Shown piece after piece: positions 40,952 through 55,779 of a stretch of DNA of 64,000 nucleotides. The translations under genes were made by a program, and so were the position numbers. The notes beneath the pieces are model-generated. The model ran no database searches, had not been told where the DNA came from, and was given only the letters and a program-made list of their open reading frames with translations. Each line of letters starts with the position of its first letter. Position 1 is the first letter of the stretch. Source of the DNA: Octopus bimaculoides (lineage: Eukaryota); contig NC_068988.1 of NCBI RefSeq assembly GCF_001194135.2, forward strand, positions 97,167,742-97,231,741. The letters are read 5' to 3'.

Positions 40952-41819
40952 GCATATACATATGTATATATACACATAAATACATACACAAACACACCCT
41001 CACATATAATATAAGCATATTTATACATACGTATATGTATGTATGTATGTATGTGGAGCCCCCTCACAGACAGTTAACACAAGAGAGATAATCAATTATA
41101 AAATTTAGCTAGATTAGAGTTTTGAATTTGAAGTAAAGGAGTAAAGATGGATATAAGGTGCATATTTAATGTTTTACTTTTGCTTCTCTATGACGAAGTT
41201 CTTAGGATTTCTAGTCAGGGATAATCACGTATTAACTCCATTGTATATCCGTTTTAAAAATCACCAGCATAGCATTACCTGAGATATATAAATAAACCAT
41301 TTTATGAAATAAGACATTTGTTATAGACGAGAAATAGCTATAGTCTGGAAGACAATCATTAAAGTATGGATGTGTGTTTTTCATAAAGTGTTGGAAGTCT
41401 AGCAATTGAGAGAGGAGAGAGCCGTATAATTATTGTTAACATAATTAACTGTTAGCAATTTTGAATAAGAAAGGAAGCTAATATCAAAACTTTACAAAAG
41501 TTTGAATCTTATGATTGGAATGGCACAGACAAAAGTGATAATTTGACATTTGTTTTGGAGGCTTGGATTACCTTAGGATGCGTTTCAAACTCGGTTTGGC
41601 CTCAACAGAATAACACAGACTCCGCGTCTCCAAAAACTATGAACAATTTAACATGTGCACAAATAATTTAGCACATACATTGCAAAGTGGAAACATTGGG
41701 GCATGCGTGATAACAGCGCGTCGCTGCATCCACCATTTATTGGTCATTCCATACTCCTGGCAGATGATACTCAAGCGTCAACCCTCCTACCCATGGATCT
41801 GTTTGGGTAGACGTTACTG

Positions 41820-42036
41820 GTGAGTGTTTTATGCGGTCAGAGTGCAAATCCTATCACAACCTCTTTTAGTCACCTTTCACAATACGCAGAGAAAACATTG
41901 GATCTTTTCTTCGACATGCCGATCCCCACTCAGTACGAGAGCAACGTTTAATAAGAACACAACACGCTGCGCGGTCCAGGAGTCGAACCAATGATCTCAC
42001 GATCATAAATGCAACATCCTAACCACTAGGCTACGA
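41820..42036 (-). mobile_element. tRNA-derived SINE (family C-like)
   Basis: The minus strand reads GTAGCCTAGTGGTTAGGATG (A box) ... TGGTTCGACTCCTGG (B box) ... GCGTGTTGTGTTCTT. Confidence 0.7.
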
Positions 42037-43624
42037 ACGAAGAGAACCTGTATGAATAAAACAAAAGGAGCTAAGAGGAAGTAATTCAAAGAGGCCAGTG
42101 ACATGTCTTTATTTAATGGTGCCGATATAGTGTATGGCATACCATACGCCATACATTCAAAGTTGCCAGCAATCATCTGGAGGGTTTTGAAGCTTTTTCG
42201 CTGGGAGGGAAGTTTTAATAAATTGAAAAAATAGAGTATGACGGAAAATTGTTACCACATCAGAAATATTTTCTTTGAAATACAAGATTAAAATTTAGGA
42301 CATCCTGAGGTCAAGAAATGACTTTGAAAATTGACATTTTTAAAAGATATAACAATGATAGTGTGTTGGAAAGAGAAGGAGAAAGAGAAAGAATCCTAGG
42401 GATTCAAAGACTCACACAGGTCTGGCATTAATTTGTCAGCCAAGTGCACGGCTAACAAGAACGAACGTGGCTCAGATTAGGATAAACCTTCAAGTCGTTC
42501 TGAAAATCAGGAGGTACCTTCTTCTGTTCATATATATGTGTTTGTGTGTATAGGTGTGTGCGTGTGTTTGCGTACGCGTGCGCATGTACGTGGGTGTATA
42601 TATATATATATATATATATNNNNNNNNNNNNNNNNNNNNNNNNNNNNNNNNNNNNNNNNNNNNNNNNNNNNNNNNNNNNNNNNNNNNNNNNNNNNNNNNN
42701 NNNNNNNNNNNNNNNNNNNNNNNNNNNNNNNNNNNNNNNNNNNNNNNNNNNNNNNNNNNNNNNNNNNNNNNNNNNNNNNNNNNNNNNNNNNNNNNNNNNN
42801 NNNNNNNNNNNNNNNNNNNNNNNNNNNNNNNNNNNNNNNNNNNNNNNNNNNNNNNNNNNNNNNNNNNNNNNNNNNNNNNNNNNNNNNNNNNNNNNNNNNN
42901 NNNNNNNNNNNNNNNNNNNNNNNNNNNNNNNNNNNNNNNNNNNNNNNNNNNNNNNNNNNNNNNNNNNNNNNNNNNNNNNNNNNNNNNNNNNNNNNNNNNN
43001 NNNNNNNNNNNNNNNNNNNNNNNNNNNNNNNNNNNNNNNNNNNNNNNNNNNNNNNNNNNNNNNNNNNNNNNNNNNNNNNNNNNNNNNNNNNNNNNNNNNN
43101 NNNNNNNNNNNNNNNNNNNNNNNNNNNNNNNNNNNNNNNNNNNNNNNNNNNNNNNNNNNNNNNNNNNNNNNNNNNNNNNNNNNNNNNNNNNNNNNNNNNN
43201 NNNNNNNNNNNNNNNNNNNNNNNNNNNNNNNNNNNNNNNNNNNNNNNNNNNNNNNNNNNNNNNNNNNNNNNNNNNNNNNNNNNNNNNNNNNNNNNNNNNA
43301 TATATATATATATATATATATATATGCATATATGTACAATTAAATGTATATAGATATATATATATATGTGTGTGTGTGTGTATGTATATATATATATATA
43401 TGTGTGTGTGTATACATGCATACATACATACAAACATACATACATACATACATACATGCATACATACATACAAACACATTACATACATCTACATATAAAC
43501 GCGCGTTCCTGGCTGAGATTATTTCGTGCTATTTAATATAACAACGAACTCAAAGCACCCATATGACTTTACGTGACTTAATGGAGAGAATGATGAGATA
43601 GCTGAGGCTGTGGGTAGCGTATAT

Positions 43625-43669
<45 letters not shown>

Positions 43670-44539
43670 AGTTATTCTATAGGTATCTTTGTTGTGTGGC
43701 GGAATAGGGGCTGACAGAAACTGATAGCAAAGGCTACATACATATGTGTATTATATATATATATATATATAATACACATATTTATATAGTATCTACATGT
43801 ATGTATGCAGAGTGATGTGCGCAATCAACATCCACATCCACATCCACAGTGAAACTCATATAAGAACACCCACACCCACGCACATCGTTTCCTCTACCGA
43901 ATATTAATCCATCACAGAAGACAAAGAGTACGGAACTGAAAACTGCTTCTCTTAATTAACTTTGACGGTAACAAGACACTCCTAAGTGTACACCCCCACT
44001 TCCCCATCACCACTGAACCATTCTCTCTACACCATCTTATAGCCGCCACNNNNNNNNNNNNNNNNNNNNNNNNNNNNNNNNNNNNNNNNNNNNNNNNNNN
44101 NNNNNNNNNNNNNNNNNNNNNNNNNNNNNNNNNNNNNNNNNNNNNNNNNNNNNNNNNNNNNNNNNNNNNNNNNNNNNNNNNNNNNNNNNNNNNNNNNNNN
44201 NNNNNNNNNNNNNNNNNNNNNNNNNNNNNNNNNNNNNNNNNNNNNNNNNNNNNNNNNNNNNNNNNNNNNNNNNNNNNNNNNNNNNNNNNNNNNNNNNNNN
44301 NNNNNNNNNNNNNNNNNNNNNNNNNNNNNNNNNNNNNNNNNNNNNNNNNNNNNNNNNNNNNNNNNNNNNNNNNNNNNNNNNNNNNNNNNNNNNNNNNNNN
44401 NNNNNNNNNNNNNNNNNNNNNNNNNNNNNNNNNNNNNNNNNNNNNNNNNNNNNNNNNNNNNNNNNNNNNNNNNNNNNNNNNNNNNNNNNNNNNNNNNNNN
44501 NNNNNNNNNNNNNNNNNNNNNNNNNNNNNNNNNNNNNNN

Positions 44540-44583
<44 letters not shown>

Positions 44584-45018
44584 TGTGTGTATGTAAATGT
44601 ATGTGTATGTGCTTGCATGTATGTGTCTGTGCATTCATGTGTTTTTGTGGGCATATTTCCTACCTGAAACAGCCAACGAGTATTACAAGAACTGAAGAAA
44701 ATTAGTGGTACAATACCATATTTTTTTGCTTTTGTGATCCACAATCCGTTTCTTCAAAGTCACATTCTAGGGAAAAATTGAGTGCCATTTACCATTCTTT
44801 CTAATTACCAACACTCCAGTATAGACAGGTTGTGCAAAAGCATTTGCCAGCAGATGAAAATCGATGTTTTGAGTGGACAGCAAAGCAGCATCCAGTGAAT
44901 TGGAACAAGGCGAACATACCCGCCGGGGCAATAAAAAAGCGCTATTTGGTATTTTGTGAAGAAGGAACGTTATTTAAACAAATAGGGTAAGAGGGAGAGA
45001 TAGAAATAATCAGAGAGA

Positions 45019-45060
<42 letters not shown>

Positions 45061-45231
45061 GAGAGAGAGGAGAAGCTGGCTTCAAGAGGGAGAACAATAT
45101 TAAACAGTTTCCAGACAACTAGTTTTAAAGTAATTTTGAAATGAATGTGTATGTATGTATGTATGAATATATGTATGTGTGTGTATATAAAGTCTCATGC
45201 ATACGCATACACTTGTATATGTATGTGTGTG

Positions 45232-45273
<42 letters not shown>

Positions 45274-45283
45274 NNNNNNNNNN

Positions 45284-45332
<49 letters not shown>

Positions 45333-45774
45333 AAACTGAAAGAGAGATGAGAGAGAATTGAATTGATGGAGAAAAAAATTGGCAAATGTGAGGATTGTTG
45401 GAAGGTTTGGCGAATGCAAAAATATATTGGAATGGTTTGACAGAGCAAGAAGAGATTATCCGAAAATACCTTGATAGTGATGGTGATGGTGATGGTGGTG
45501 GATTTTAGAATAGCAGTCTTTTCCTTAATACCATAAATTCTTCTTCTGCTTATCCTAACAGTGACCTTATAGATATTCCACTCTAAGAAGTGAAATAATG
45601 CGAAAATAGGTGGAGTAGATTTGTTTCATGACTCTCAAAGTTTCTAAAGAATATTCTTCAAAGAATTCTTCTGTCGAAAATAACATCCAATTCTCGATGG
45701 TAAGAATAAAGCTTCTAAACGGACAGAGACGATTCCAAGGGTTGCTTTCGAATAATGGTAACATCTATCTATTT

Positions 45775-46326
45775 ACAAGCTTTTTAATCCCATCAATGTA
45801 AAACTATTTTGGTTTCAAAGCGAAGAACTCTGAAATGTCAGTTTCGACCTCCTCCTGGCTTGCGAAAGTTATGTTCCCCAAATGATTCTGTAAACTACGA
45901 AACAAATGGTAGTCTGAAGGAGCAAGGTCGGGAGAATAAGGTGGATGAGCAATTTTTTCCCAACCAAGCTCTTCGATCTTCTATGATATGACATTTTCAG
46001 TGTGGGGTCGCGCATTGTCCTGATGAAACATCACTCCTTTTTGATTCACTAAAGCGGGTCTTTTTTTTCTTCAAAGCTTGGTTCAAACTCTCTAATTGCT
46101 GACGGTAGACTTGAGCATTGATTGTTGCATTAGGTGGTAACAATTCAAAGTGAATTACTCCTTTGCAATCCCACCAGATAGAGAGAAGAACCTTTTTCCT
46201 ATGAAGTTCCCTTCTCGGTTGTGGTTGAGTTTTTCCCCTTTTACCAAGTCACTGTTTACGGCGTTTAACATTTCGATAGAAGATCCATTTTTCGTCACCA
46301 GTCACAAGTCTATCGAAAAAGGGTGA
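45775..46326 (-). mobile_element. mariner (D,D34D) transposase catalytic-domain remnant, pseudogenised
   Basis: PFFDRLVTGDEKWIFYRN...LHRKKVLLSIWWDCKGVIHFELLPPNATINAQVYRQQLESL...GVMFHQDNARPH...HPPYSPDLAPSDYHLFRSLQNHL contains all three catalytic D motifs; stops and a frameshift are present. Confidence 0.95.
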
Positions 46327-46598
46327 AATGAGTAATATGCGCGTGGAAGGCTGCATCATTACTCACGTCAATGTTCAGGTCACGCACTGATTTTGATTCA
46401 GGGACTGCAGTTGTATGTATGTATGTATGTATGTATGTATGTATGTATACAAATGCATATATTCTCGTCTTCTATTTCGCAGAAGGCTAACAGCAATGTA
46501 ATTCTGAATATACTAAAAAAAAAATACGAGTTTATACGCGCGCGTGCGTGTATATGTGTATGGATGTGACTATGCGTGCATGTATATAAGTATGTATG

Positions 46599-46638
<40 letters not shown>

Positions 46639-47137
46639 TACATATGTGTGTATGTGTCTGTGTAGAAAGATAAATACACAGGTAAATAGGGAGATATGTC
46701 TATATGTATACACAGGTGAATTTATATATATATANNNNNNNNNNNNNNNNNNNNNNNNNNNNNNNNNNNNNNNNNNNNNNNNNNNNNNNNNNNNNNNNNN
46801 NNNNNNNNNNNNNNNNNNNNNNNNNNNNNNNNNNNNNNNNNNNNNNNNNNNNNNNNNNNNNNNNNNNNNNNNNNNNNNNNNNNNNNNNNNNNNNNNNNNN
46901 NNNNNNNNNNNNNNNNNNNNNNNNNNNNNNNNNNNNNNNNNNNNNNNNNNNNNNNNNNNNNNNNNNNNNNNNNNNNNNNNNNNNNNNNNNNNNNNNNNNN
47001 NNNNNNNNNNNNNNNNNNNNNNNNNNNNNNNNNNNNNNNNNNNNNNNNNNNNNNNNNNNNNNNNNNNNNNNNNNNNNNNNNNNNNNNNNNNNNNNNNNNN
47101 NNNNNNNNNNNNNNNNNNNNNNNNNNNNNNNNNNNNN

Positions 47138-47175
<38 letters not shown>

Positions 47176-47799
47176 CATGTCTTTTTGATGTTTTACTTCT
47201 TCTTTTTATGATTTTTTATGTTTCTATTCGTAAATTTGTCCAATTCATTAATGTACATATTTGTAATATATTTTAAATATTTTCTCCGGCGTTGCAATTC
47301 TTCACTAGTTAAGAAAATTCAACTTTCAAATGACTCAGATTTGCATGCGGAAAATTTGTGTTGCCGCAGGATTGAACTCTGTGCAATAATGAGTGCCAAC
47401 GTTATTGAATTCACAAATAATTCATTAGACTGCAATGCCATGAACCATTTACCATTTCTTTATGTAGTTTGGCGATCGAATAGCTTCGTACTTGAATTAT
47501 TTCATGCGGATGATGTCTTGGAATTATTTAATCTGTAAACAATTCTGCAATCCTACGCCAAGAAATGTCCAATCGCCTATGTTTTCATTATGGTTCTATT
47601 GTCACTTTCTTCATAATTATAGTAAAGTCTTTACTTTACTGGGGACATCGTAATAAGCTGGAAGATGTTGATAATTACTTCCCTCAGATGCAGCAAAACT
47701 AAAATGAAAATGTTTGCAATGCAGTTACTTAACACCGAGTACCACCTCTTCAGATATCTCACTGTATAAATTAACATAGTCTCCATATAATCAGTTTTT

Positions 47800-48335
47800 A
47801 CTCTTCTCCCATACATTTTCTCGTACGTGTGTACACCATAGATTTTCTGTTGGTTGTGTCTCCTTTACGAAACTGCGATGGCTTAACTGATATTCTTCTT
47901 TGGCACCTTTCTTCCATTATTTCTAGCAGTATTTTTATTAGTCGTCTGTCTTCTGTGAAGTGGATAGCCTGTTGCTGGGGATAAGAAGCTGTTTCCTTCA
48001 GGCTGCAGAGCCATTCACCTGTTGTATTATGTTGCTCTTGCTTACCCCAGAAAAGTCGACTTTCATCAGCATCAGGGACTAATCCATCACGTTTTTTATC
48101 GCCATTAATCTCTTGATAAAATCGCTTTTGGTTGGTTCTAAGCAATTTGTTTTACTGGTATTGTTTAATCCGTTGTTCAAACCTAGTTAGCTTTGCTTTT
48201 TTTCTGCATGTATGCGCTGCTTCAACATTCAGGCCGTTTGTATCTACACCATACTTCCATTCATTCTTAAGTTCTCCATTTCTTTTCCTGACATGCATTG
48301 ACACTACATTGTTCAAGGAGCTTATATGTTCAGAA
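47800..48335 (-). mobile_element. Dong/R4-clade LINE fragment (region N-terminal to the RT)
   Basis: AKLTRFEQRIKQYQ(Q)NRMLRTNQKRFYQEING...PDADESRLFWG..HN..GEWL is typical of R4/Dong ORFs. Confidence 0.8.
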
Positions 48336-48336
48336 A

Positions 48337-48416
<80 letters not shown>

Positions 48417-50741
48417 AAACAGAAGGGTGTATAAACGACGAATAACATCATGTGACCCAGTCACATGATGGCAGTTCTACTTACTAAGAAGACAGTTTGC
48501 ATTCGTTTGATTGGTATTGCAGCGATAAGGTGTTTTTGTTTTGTTTTGTTTTTTCTTTTTGTCCATTTAAACCTTCCTTGAAATACTCTCCGAAAAAATA
48601 ATACACTTCTTTATATATTTACATATGCCTACAAAAGGCAAAGGAAAAGAAAATACACAATATATCAGAAGGAAAGAATATCAGAACAAAAACAATTCTA
48701 ATGCATTATTTTTATAACGATTACTATTATTGTTGTTGTTATTATTATTATTGTTGTTGTTTTGAACTATTAAATGTATGTAAAAACAAACAGAGATTCG
48801 AAGAAAAAATGGCCGTTTCGTTGACACATAGGACACACCCTAACACAGCATTGACTGTTAAAAACTATGCCTTATTGTTATAATGTTTATTCACTGTTTG
48901 TTTGTGTCTTTCTTTCTGTATGTACGTTTGGTGTGTATTTCTTGCTCACCCACATACACACACACATACATATTTTTTGTGGTATTTAGTAATAGAGTTA
49001 GAGATGAAGTAAATTTTCGCAGTAGATGCAGATTGGATGTATGGTAGACACAGGGTAGATGGCACAAGGGTATATATAGCAAGGGAAAGAAAAGAGAGCA
49101 AGAAATTATTTTTAAAACGTATGACAGAGCGATACAAATATATGCGAGTGTGACAGACGTGTAACAAAACGAATCTTATGCTGTAACTCGTGCAACTCTA
49201 TTCTCTTATTCTTTTATTCTTTCCTTTTTTTCTATCAGCCCTTTCACGCTTATTTCATTCATTCCACTCTTCGTTCTTTCGTTCCACCTCTCTCACATTT
49301 CATTGCCTTCTCTTCATGCTCACTTTCCCTCTTCTTTTCACTTCACTCTCCCCACGTGACCGCCGTTCGGCCAAGCCTGACCTTTCTTTCTTGGTTCGGC
49401 TGTTGTCCGTGCAACATCTATATTCTTCCTGTGCCTGTGAAATCTTGTATCCCTGCCGTAAGGCTTTACTTCCACACACGCCAGCTTAATTTAATTCGTC
49501 CTTAGTCGAAAGACACCTGTTGTTATGTCCTGTTATTTGTATTTGTGTAACTTTCTCCGTTTTTTCCGTCCTTGCTTTCGTATACATTCGCTACTTTCTT
49601 CCAAGGAATCTAATGCGCTTAGCCTAGTTTTTCCTTGGGGTTGGCCAGATTGGAGCAACCTCGAGTATAACCAGCCGAAATTGCAAAAATAATCTGGAAC
49701 TCGACTGAGGAAAAAAAAAGCTCCGAATGACCCATCCTTGTTTTCTTTGTATCGTCTGTCTGGATGTTTTCTTGTCCCTCTCTGCTATCAGGATGTTTTG
49801 CGTTCTTGTCCCATTTTGTATTATATATATATATATATGTATATATGGGTTAGATGGTAAGTGCTAGAATGGAATAAATGAGTAGTAGTAGGAGTGATGG
49901 TAATGGTGATGGCGGGGTGGGAGGTAGAATACCGACTTACTTCAGTTAGTTGAAACCATTTGCAATATAATTTGGTCTTGAATTGTATAAAATGCAAATT
50001 GTATAAATAAATAAAAAAATATATATAGAAAGAGAGAAAAAAATACAGACCGTTTATCTGGAAAGAGTTAAGTTACTCAGTGAATTCGTTTGCATTATAT
50101 AAGCTGTTTAATAAGATTGGAAACAGAATACGAAAAATATATTAGAAAAAAGTTAAGAAAAAAAAAAGAAAAAATGAGTATAAATAGGGACGGAAAGAAG
50201 AAACGGGAGAATAGGATAGAGATAATGATGAAAGGAAATCATTAAAAGATATAATGTTCGTTATTATTTGCCGACTTCCTAAGGAAAGTGTAATGTTTCG
50301 CTTGCTGAAGGTGAGAACATTTGAATTTCTTATACATTTACCTTACTTTATCTTATTCACAGGTGCATAGTCTGCCCCAGCAAATTGGTAGACTTAATTT
50401 ACATTTGGTAAGGCTAAGAGAATTTATGTGCATTTAATTATATATATATATATNNNNNNNNNNNNNNNNNNNNNNNNNNNNNNNNNNNNNNNNNNNNNNN
50501 NNNNNNNNNNNNNNNNNNNNNNNNNNNNNNNNNNNNNNNNNNNNNNNNNNNNNNNNNNNNNNNNNNNNNNNNNNNNNNNNNNNNNNNNNNNNNNNNNNNN
50601 NNNNNNNNNNNNNNNNNNNNNNNNNNNNNNNNNNNNNNNNNNNNNNNNNNNNNNNNNNNNNNNNNNNATATATACACATCTATCTATGTATGTCTATACA
50701 TATATCTTCTTACTGACACCTTAGGTCAAAATTCATATTAG

Positions 50742-50922
50742 TGCAAGGTATGTGGCAGGATCTGCCTCTCAAAAGTTGGTCTAAAGTCTCATTTACGATC
50801 TCACAAGAACAACATTAACTCCAAAAGCCACCATTTTTAACAAGAAAATGCTATTCAGCGTTATTTTTGTCAAAAGGTGTATAAAAACCTCTGGATTCCT
50901 AAAGAGACATCTAAATATGCAC
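50742..50922 (+). pseudogene. Two degenerate C2H2 zinc fingers, probably the 3' end of an RTE-clade LINE
   Basis: CKVCGRICLSKVGLKSHLRSH (intact), then a stop and (R)YFCQKVYK[frameshift]TSGFLKRHLNMH. There are no TGEKP linkers, and the first finger matches the CGRxCxSxxGLxSHxRxH pattern at RTE ORF C-termini. Confidence 0.6.
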
Positions 50923-51185
50923 AAAAAGCACAACGAAATAACAGATTCCACACTGAGTCGCATCTCGATTCCAAATTCGATCAAGCAAGTTAAGACGCTC
51001 AAAGGTGCCACCAACACAGAAATGGCAGCAATATTCAATGCTTGGTCGAATGGTAATCAAATTCAATGAAACAATTGGCGATGCCTTTGTATAGGCTCAA
51101 CAAACTAATTGCAACCATGCAAAGATTAAATAAGTGAAAATTGGGTCGATGAATGAAACCTCATTATCAGCTTGTTGATATTATT

Positions 51186-51245
<60 letters not shown>

Positions 51246-52439
51246 AGTGCAAAATTATAAGCACTTCCATGAGCGTTTTATTCTGTGTGACCAATAAAGT
51301 AATAATTATTCATTTAGGTCGGCGGTAGGTTCGAAGAAGAATTTGTATGTATTTCTCAGAGTGTAACATTCGAAAATCTAAGATGTGTTGTTTAGGTCAA
51401 CTAAGCTAATGTATGTATGTATGTATGTATGTAAGCATGTATGCTGTATGTAGACCCACACACGCGTACGTATATATGTATACATATGTTTGTATGTATG
51501 TATATGACTGCGTATATAAATGTATGTGTTGATATGTGTGTGCGGTATTTGGTACTTCCGATTTGTGAACTGAGAAACAAACATCGCATTAATACCATCC
51601 TTTCATTAAAGAGGACATCCCATCTCATAAGAATAAGTTATATTATATGACTGATATCTTTATCACTCCTCCAGCCCCCCCCCCCTCATCACCTCACCCG
51701 TTCCTTACGCACACACCCACCCTACTGTACCTCATTCTTAACCGAATTCACTCAATTCTTCTTTTCTCTCATTCCCGGTTCTTCTTCACCCTTTATTAGC
51801 CACATCAGGCACCCTCTCGTTTATTCTTAGGTCTATGTGCGCATACACACACANNNNNNNNNNNNNNNNNNNNNNNNNNNNNNNNNNNNNNNNNNNNNNN
51901 NNNNNNNNNNNNNNNNNNNNNNNNNNNNNNNNNNNNNNNNNNNNNNNNNNNNNNNNNNNNNNNNNNNNNNNNNNNNNNNNNNNNNNNNNNNNNNNNNNNN
52001 NNNNNNNNNNNNNNNNNNNNNNNNNNNNNNNNNNNNNNNNNNNNNNNNNNNNNNNNNNNNNNNNNNNNNNNNNNNNNNNNNNNNNNNNNNNNNNNNNNNN
52101 NNNNNNNNNNNNNNNNNNNNNNNNNNNNNNNNNNNNNNNNNNNNNNNNNTATACATATATGCATGTATGTATGTATACATGTATGTACATAGACACACAC
52201 ACACAAATACACATATAGAAAAGCTGAACTAGAAATGAGGAAATAAAGGAAAGCTCAGAGGTGCTTGTGGCCACATGGACAACGATAACACGATAGTTTA
52301 TCAAAACAATACATTAATTAATCAATCTAATAATTAACTAATTATCTACTAACTGATAAATCAGAAGTGAAATATAACCAATGTGTGTGTCTTATTTGCA
52401 GCATGACCCGCCCAAAGTGCATGCTCGCACACATAGATT

Positions 52440-52525
<86 letters not shown>

Positions 52526-52984
52526 ACACCTACTTTCATATTTGACTTCACTCTAACTCCTTTCGCATCTAATGTAACTCTCTCTCTCTCTCACTCTCTC
52601 TCTCTCTCTCTCTCTCTCTCCTTCCTCAGCCTCTCTCATTCTATCCTTCTCCATTACATTCGTTTTTGTTATCCCTTCCTTCCTTATTACCCTCTCTCCA
52701 CATTTTTACTTTCTCTCTCTCTCTCTCCCTCTCTCTCTCTCTCTCTTCCCTTTGTTTCTCTTGCCTGTCATCCAGAGCTGTTTCAGCTTTTTTTTCCCAC
52801 TGTAATCTCATCCTTTGCTATATTGCAAATCCCAGTTCCCTATTCAAAAAAGGCACAGATACCACAGCCCTTATTGCATCCGCCCCTACCCTTCTTTCTC
52901 TTTCTCCCTCTCTCTTTCCTTTTTCTTCACACCTTTTCCATTTAGTTTTACTCTCTTCCCTTCCATTGCTTTGCTCTCACTCTC

Positions 52985-53025
<41 letters not shown>

Positions 53026-53899
53026 AAAAGAATTCATAAATTAAAAAATCCAGATAAATTGTATTCATAGAAAAAAAATAAAGAAGTTGGCAATTTTTTT
53101 CTTCTCTAACTTTTCTCATAGCAAGTGTTTACAGTATCTCAACGTGATTGCTTGTTTTTCTAAGCGACCTTCTTTTACTTTTCTCTCTTTTTCTTCTTCT
53201 TCTTTAGGCTTGGTCAGAGAAACAAACTTCTGTCTTTACTGATCAGCAACAGCGATATGTGACGTGCAATGTCCTTAAAAACCAACGCCTAGCCACTGAC
53301 GCCTCCCTTCGTTGCAAACCAGATTTATTGTGTGTATTCGTTTGTGTTTATTTTTGCTAGAGTTGTGTTGAAATTTTTATTCGGTTGTATTGGCCTTTTT
53401 TATTTTAAAAATTTATTTAAGCTGACTGTTCATTTAGATTGCAATGATCTGGTATAAAATACAAAAAAAATAATAAAATTCGCATAAAGCTATTAACCAC
53501 AGCATGTCAGAATGTCGAATTTACGGGTGAGACTTTACATAATTGTTCAACTTGTTAAAAATAACAGCCAAAATGTCTATCAAATCTCATCTTCTTATCT
53601 CAGAAAGAGCAAAATTCACTTTGAATAGTGTCATGTTTGATACTTTCAGAAAAACAAAAAAGAAAAAACAGTCTAGTTGCGTCAGAAATATAGTCGATGA
53701 TACGTTTGTACGATCCAGGTTGGTTTGAGGATTGCACATATTAACAACATCACCACCACCACCACCAGCAGCAGCAGGGATAACATCTGCTGAATGTCGT
53801 ACTGTGGAGTGTGATCCTTATTTTGGAAGAAGTTGAACCACAAAATCTTTGGGTTTCTTCTCGTCTTTCAATCATTTTCTTTTGGTTTGCGTTTATAAA

Positions 53900-53995
53900 A
53901 GAAAACACTTTCTTGAGGTACCACGCAGTGAGATTGAACTGGAAAGCACTTGCATGCAAAGTGAACTTCTTTACCATACAGCCATGCCTACGCCT
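53900..53995 (-). mobile_element. SINE family B head
   Basis: The minus strand reads AGGCGTAGGCATGGCTGTATGGTAAAGAAG...CAGTTCAATCTCACTGCGTGGTACC. Confidence 0.7.
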
Positions 53996-54065
53996 ATCCG
54001 GGTATACTACAACACTTAGACACGTAAACAGATAAATTTTTGTATATCCCATTCTCATAAAATTC

Positions 54066-54099
<34 letters not shown>

Positions 54100-55676
54100 C
54101 GAGAGAGAGGCAGTAGCATCTTTAGTAAATGTCAAATTGTCCTGTTCCGTCAAAGCAAACGAAAAGATTGATTCTCGTTAACCATCATCAAGACTTCGCT
54201 TCGATTTACAACGTCAGACATAAATTATAAATTATATTTCATAAAATCTCATAAGATTAATAAGGAAACTCGATTCATTGTTTAGTTTTCAACACGGAAA
54301 TAACATGGCCGATTTTATTAGATAAAACACATAAATAGTATCGCCGGTTTCTTGTAACACACGCAACATCACCGAACTCTTCAGTCACCAACCAACTAAC
54401 CAATATTTAAATAAAAATGTAATAATAGAGGGAGAACATAAATTATATATAAAAAAAAAAGGAACTATTAAAAAAGACAAATAAGTTGGTGGGGATTGTG
54501 GTGGCAATCAATATGGTTGCTCACTTGGTCGTGTATTGAAATAACAGGATAGAAAACAGAAGAATGTTGCTGACATTAAGTAGAGTAAAATTTAATTACA
54601 GCTTTAATGAAAAGCAGTTGAAATAAGACGTACATACATACATGCGTATATGCATTCATAAACACATACACACACATATAAGCATGCATATATATATATA
54701 TGTGTGTGTGTGTGTGTATATACATCATACATACATATATGCATATATATATATATATATATANNNNNNNNNNNNNNNNNNNNNNNNNNNNNNNNNNNNN
54801 NNNNNNNNNNNNNNNNNNNNNNNNNNNNNNNNNNNNNNNNNNNNNNNNNNNNNNNNNNNNNNNNNNNNNNNNNNNNNNNNNNNNNNNNNNNNNNNNNNNN
54901 NNNNNNNNNNNNNNNNNNNNNNNNNNNNNNNNNNNNNNNNNNNNNNNNNNNNNNNNNNNNNNNNNNNNNNNNNNNNNNNNNNNNNNNNNNNNNNNNNNNN
55001 NNNNNNNNNNNNNNNNNNNNNNNNNNNNNNNNNNNNNNNNNNNNNNNNNNNNNNNNNNNNNNNNNNNNNNNNTATATACATAAATATATATATATACACA
55101 CACACAGGTATATTTATGTGTATCAATATACACGCATACATATATCATATATGTATATGAATAGAAAGAGAAATTGAAAGAGAGAGGAACAGAAGTGCAT
55201 ATATGCACATACACGAACGCATGCATGTACGTATGCGTATGTATATGTGCAAATTTGCGTGCATGTAATGTGTGTGTGTATGTGTGTGTGTATGTGTGTG
55301 TATATATAAATTTTTATATACACTTATGGATAGATATGTATAAAGTTATAGACATATACATATGTATGTGTGTGTATGTATCAGTCTATATCAACATATA
55401 CATGTATATATATGTTTGTATGGATATGTGTATGTATGAATGCATGTATGTATGTATATACGTGATAGAACACTAGGAACCCTTTTATTAACAAAGCTCT
55501 TTTAAAATGCAAAGCGGTTGTGTTGGCATATAAATAGAGCAGAGGCAGGGTGTGAAGATGGGGGTAAAACGTAAAAGTCAGAGACTTTAATAAAATATTT
55601 CAAGAATATGAGAAGCACACGCTCACCCCGCCCCCCCCCATCTCAATACGTTTATGCTCATATACATACGCGCATA

Positions 55677-55719
<43 letters not shown>

Positions 55720-55720
55720 A

Positions 55721-55779
55721 CGCAGGTATGGTTGTATGGTTGAGAAGCTTGCTTACCAACCATGTGGTCTTGAGTTCAG
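55721..55779 (+). mobile_element. SINE family B head, truncated in the B box
   Basis: CGCAGGTATGGTTGTATGGTTGAGAAGCTTGCTTACCAACCATGTGGTCTTGAGTTCAG. Confidence 0.75.

Noticed and set aside
11700-46326. The two mariner remnants as halves of one element
   Set aside because: They overlap at the TGDEKW region and differ strongly in degree of decay, so they are separate copies.
49190-49830. Probable interspersed repeat (possibly Penelope-related)
   Set aside because: It looks familiar but has no coding motif, TIR or complete hammerhead core to support a call.
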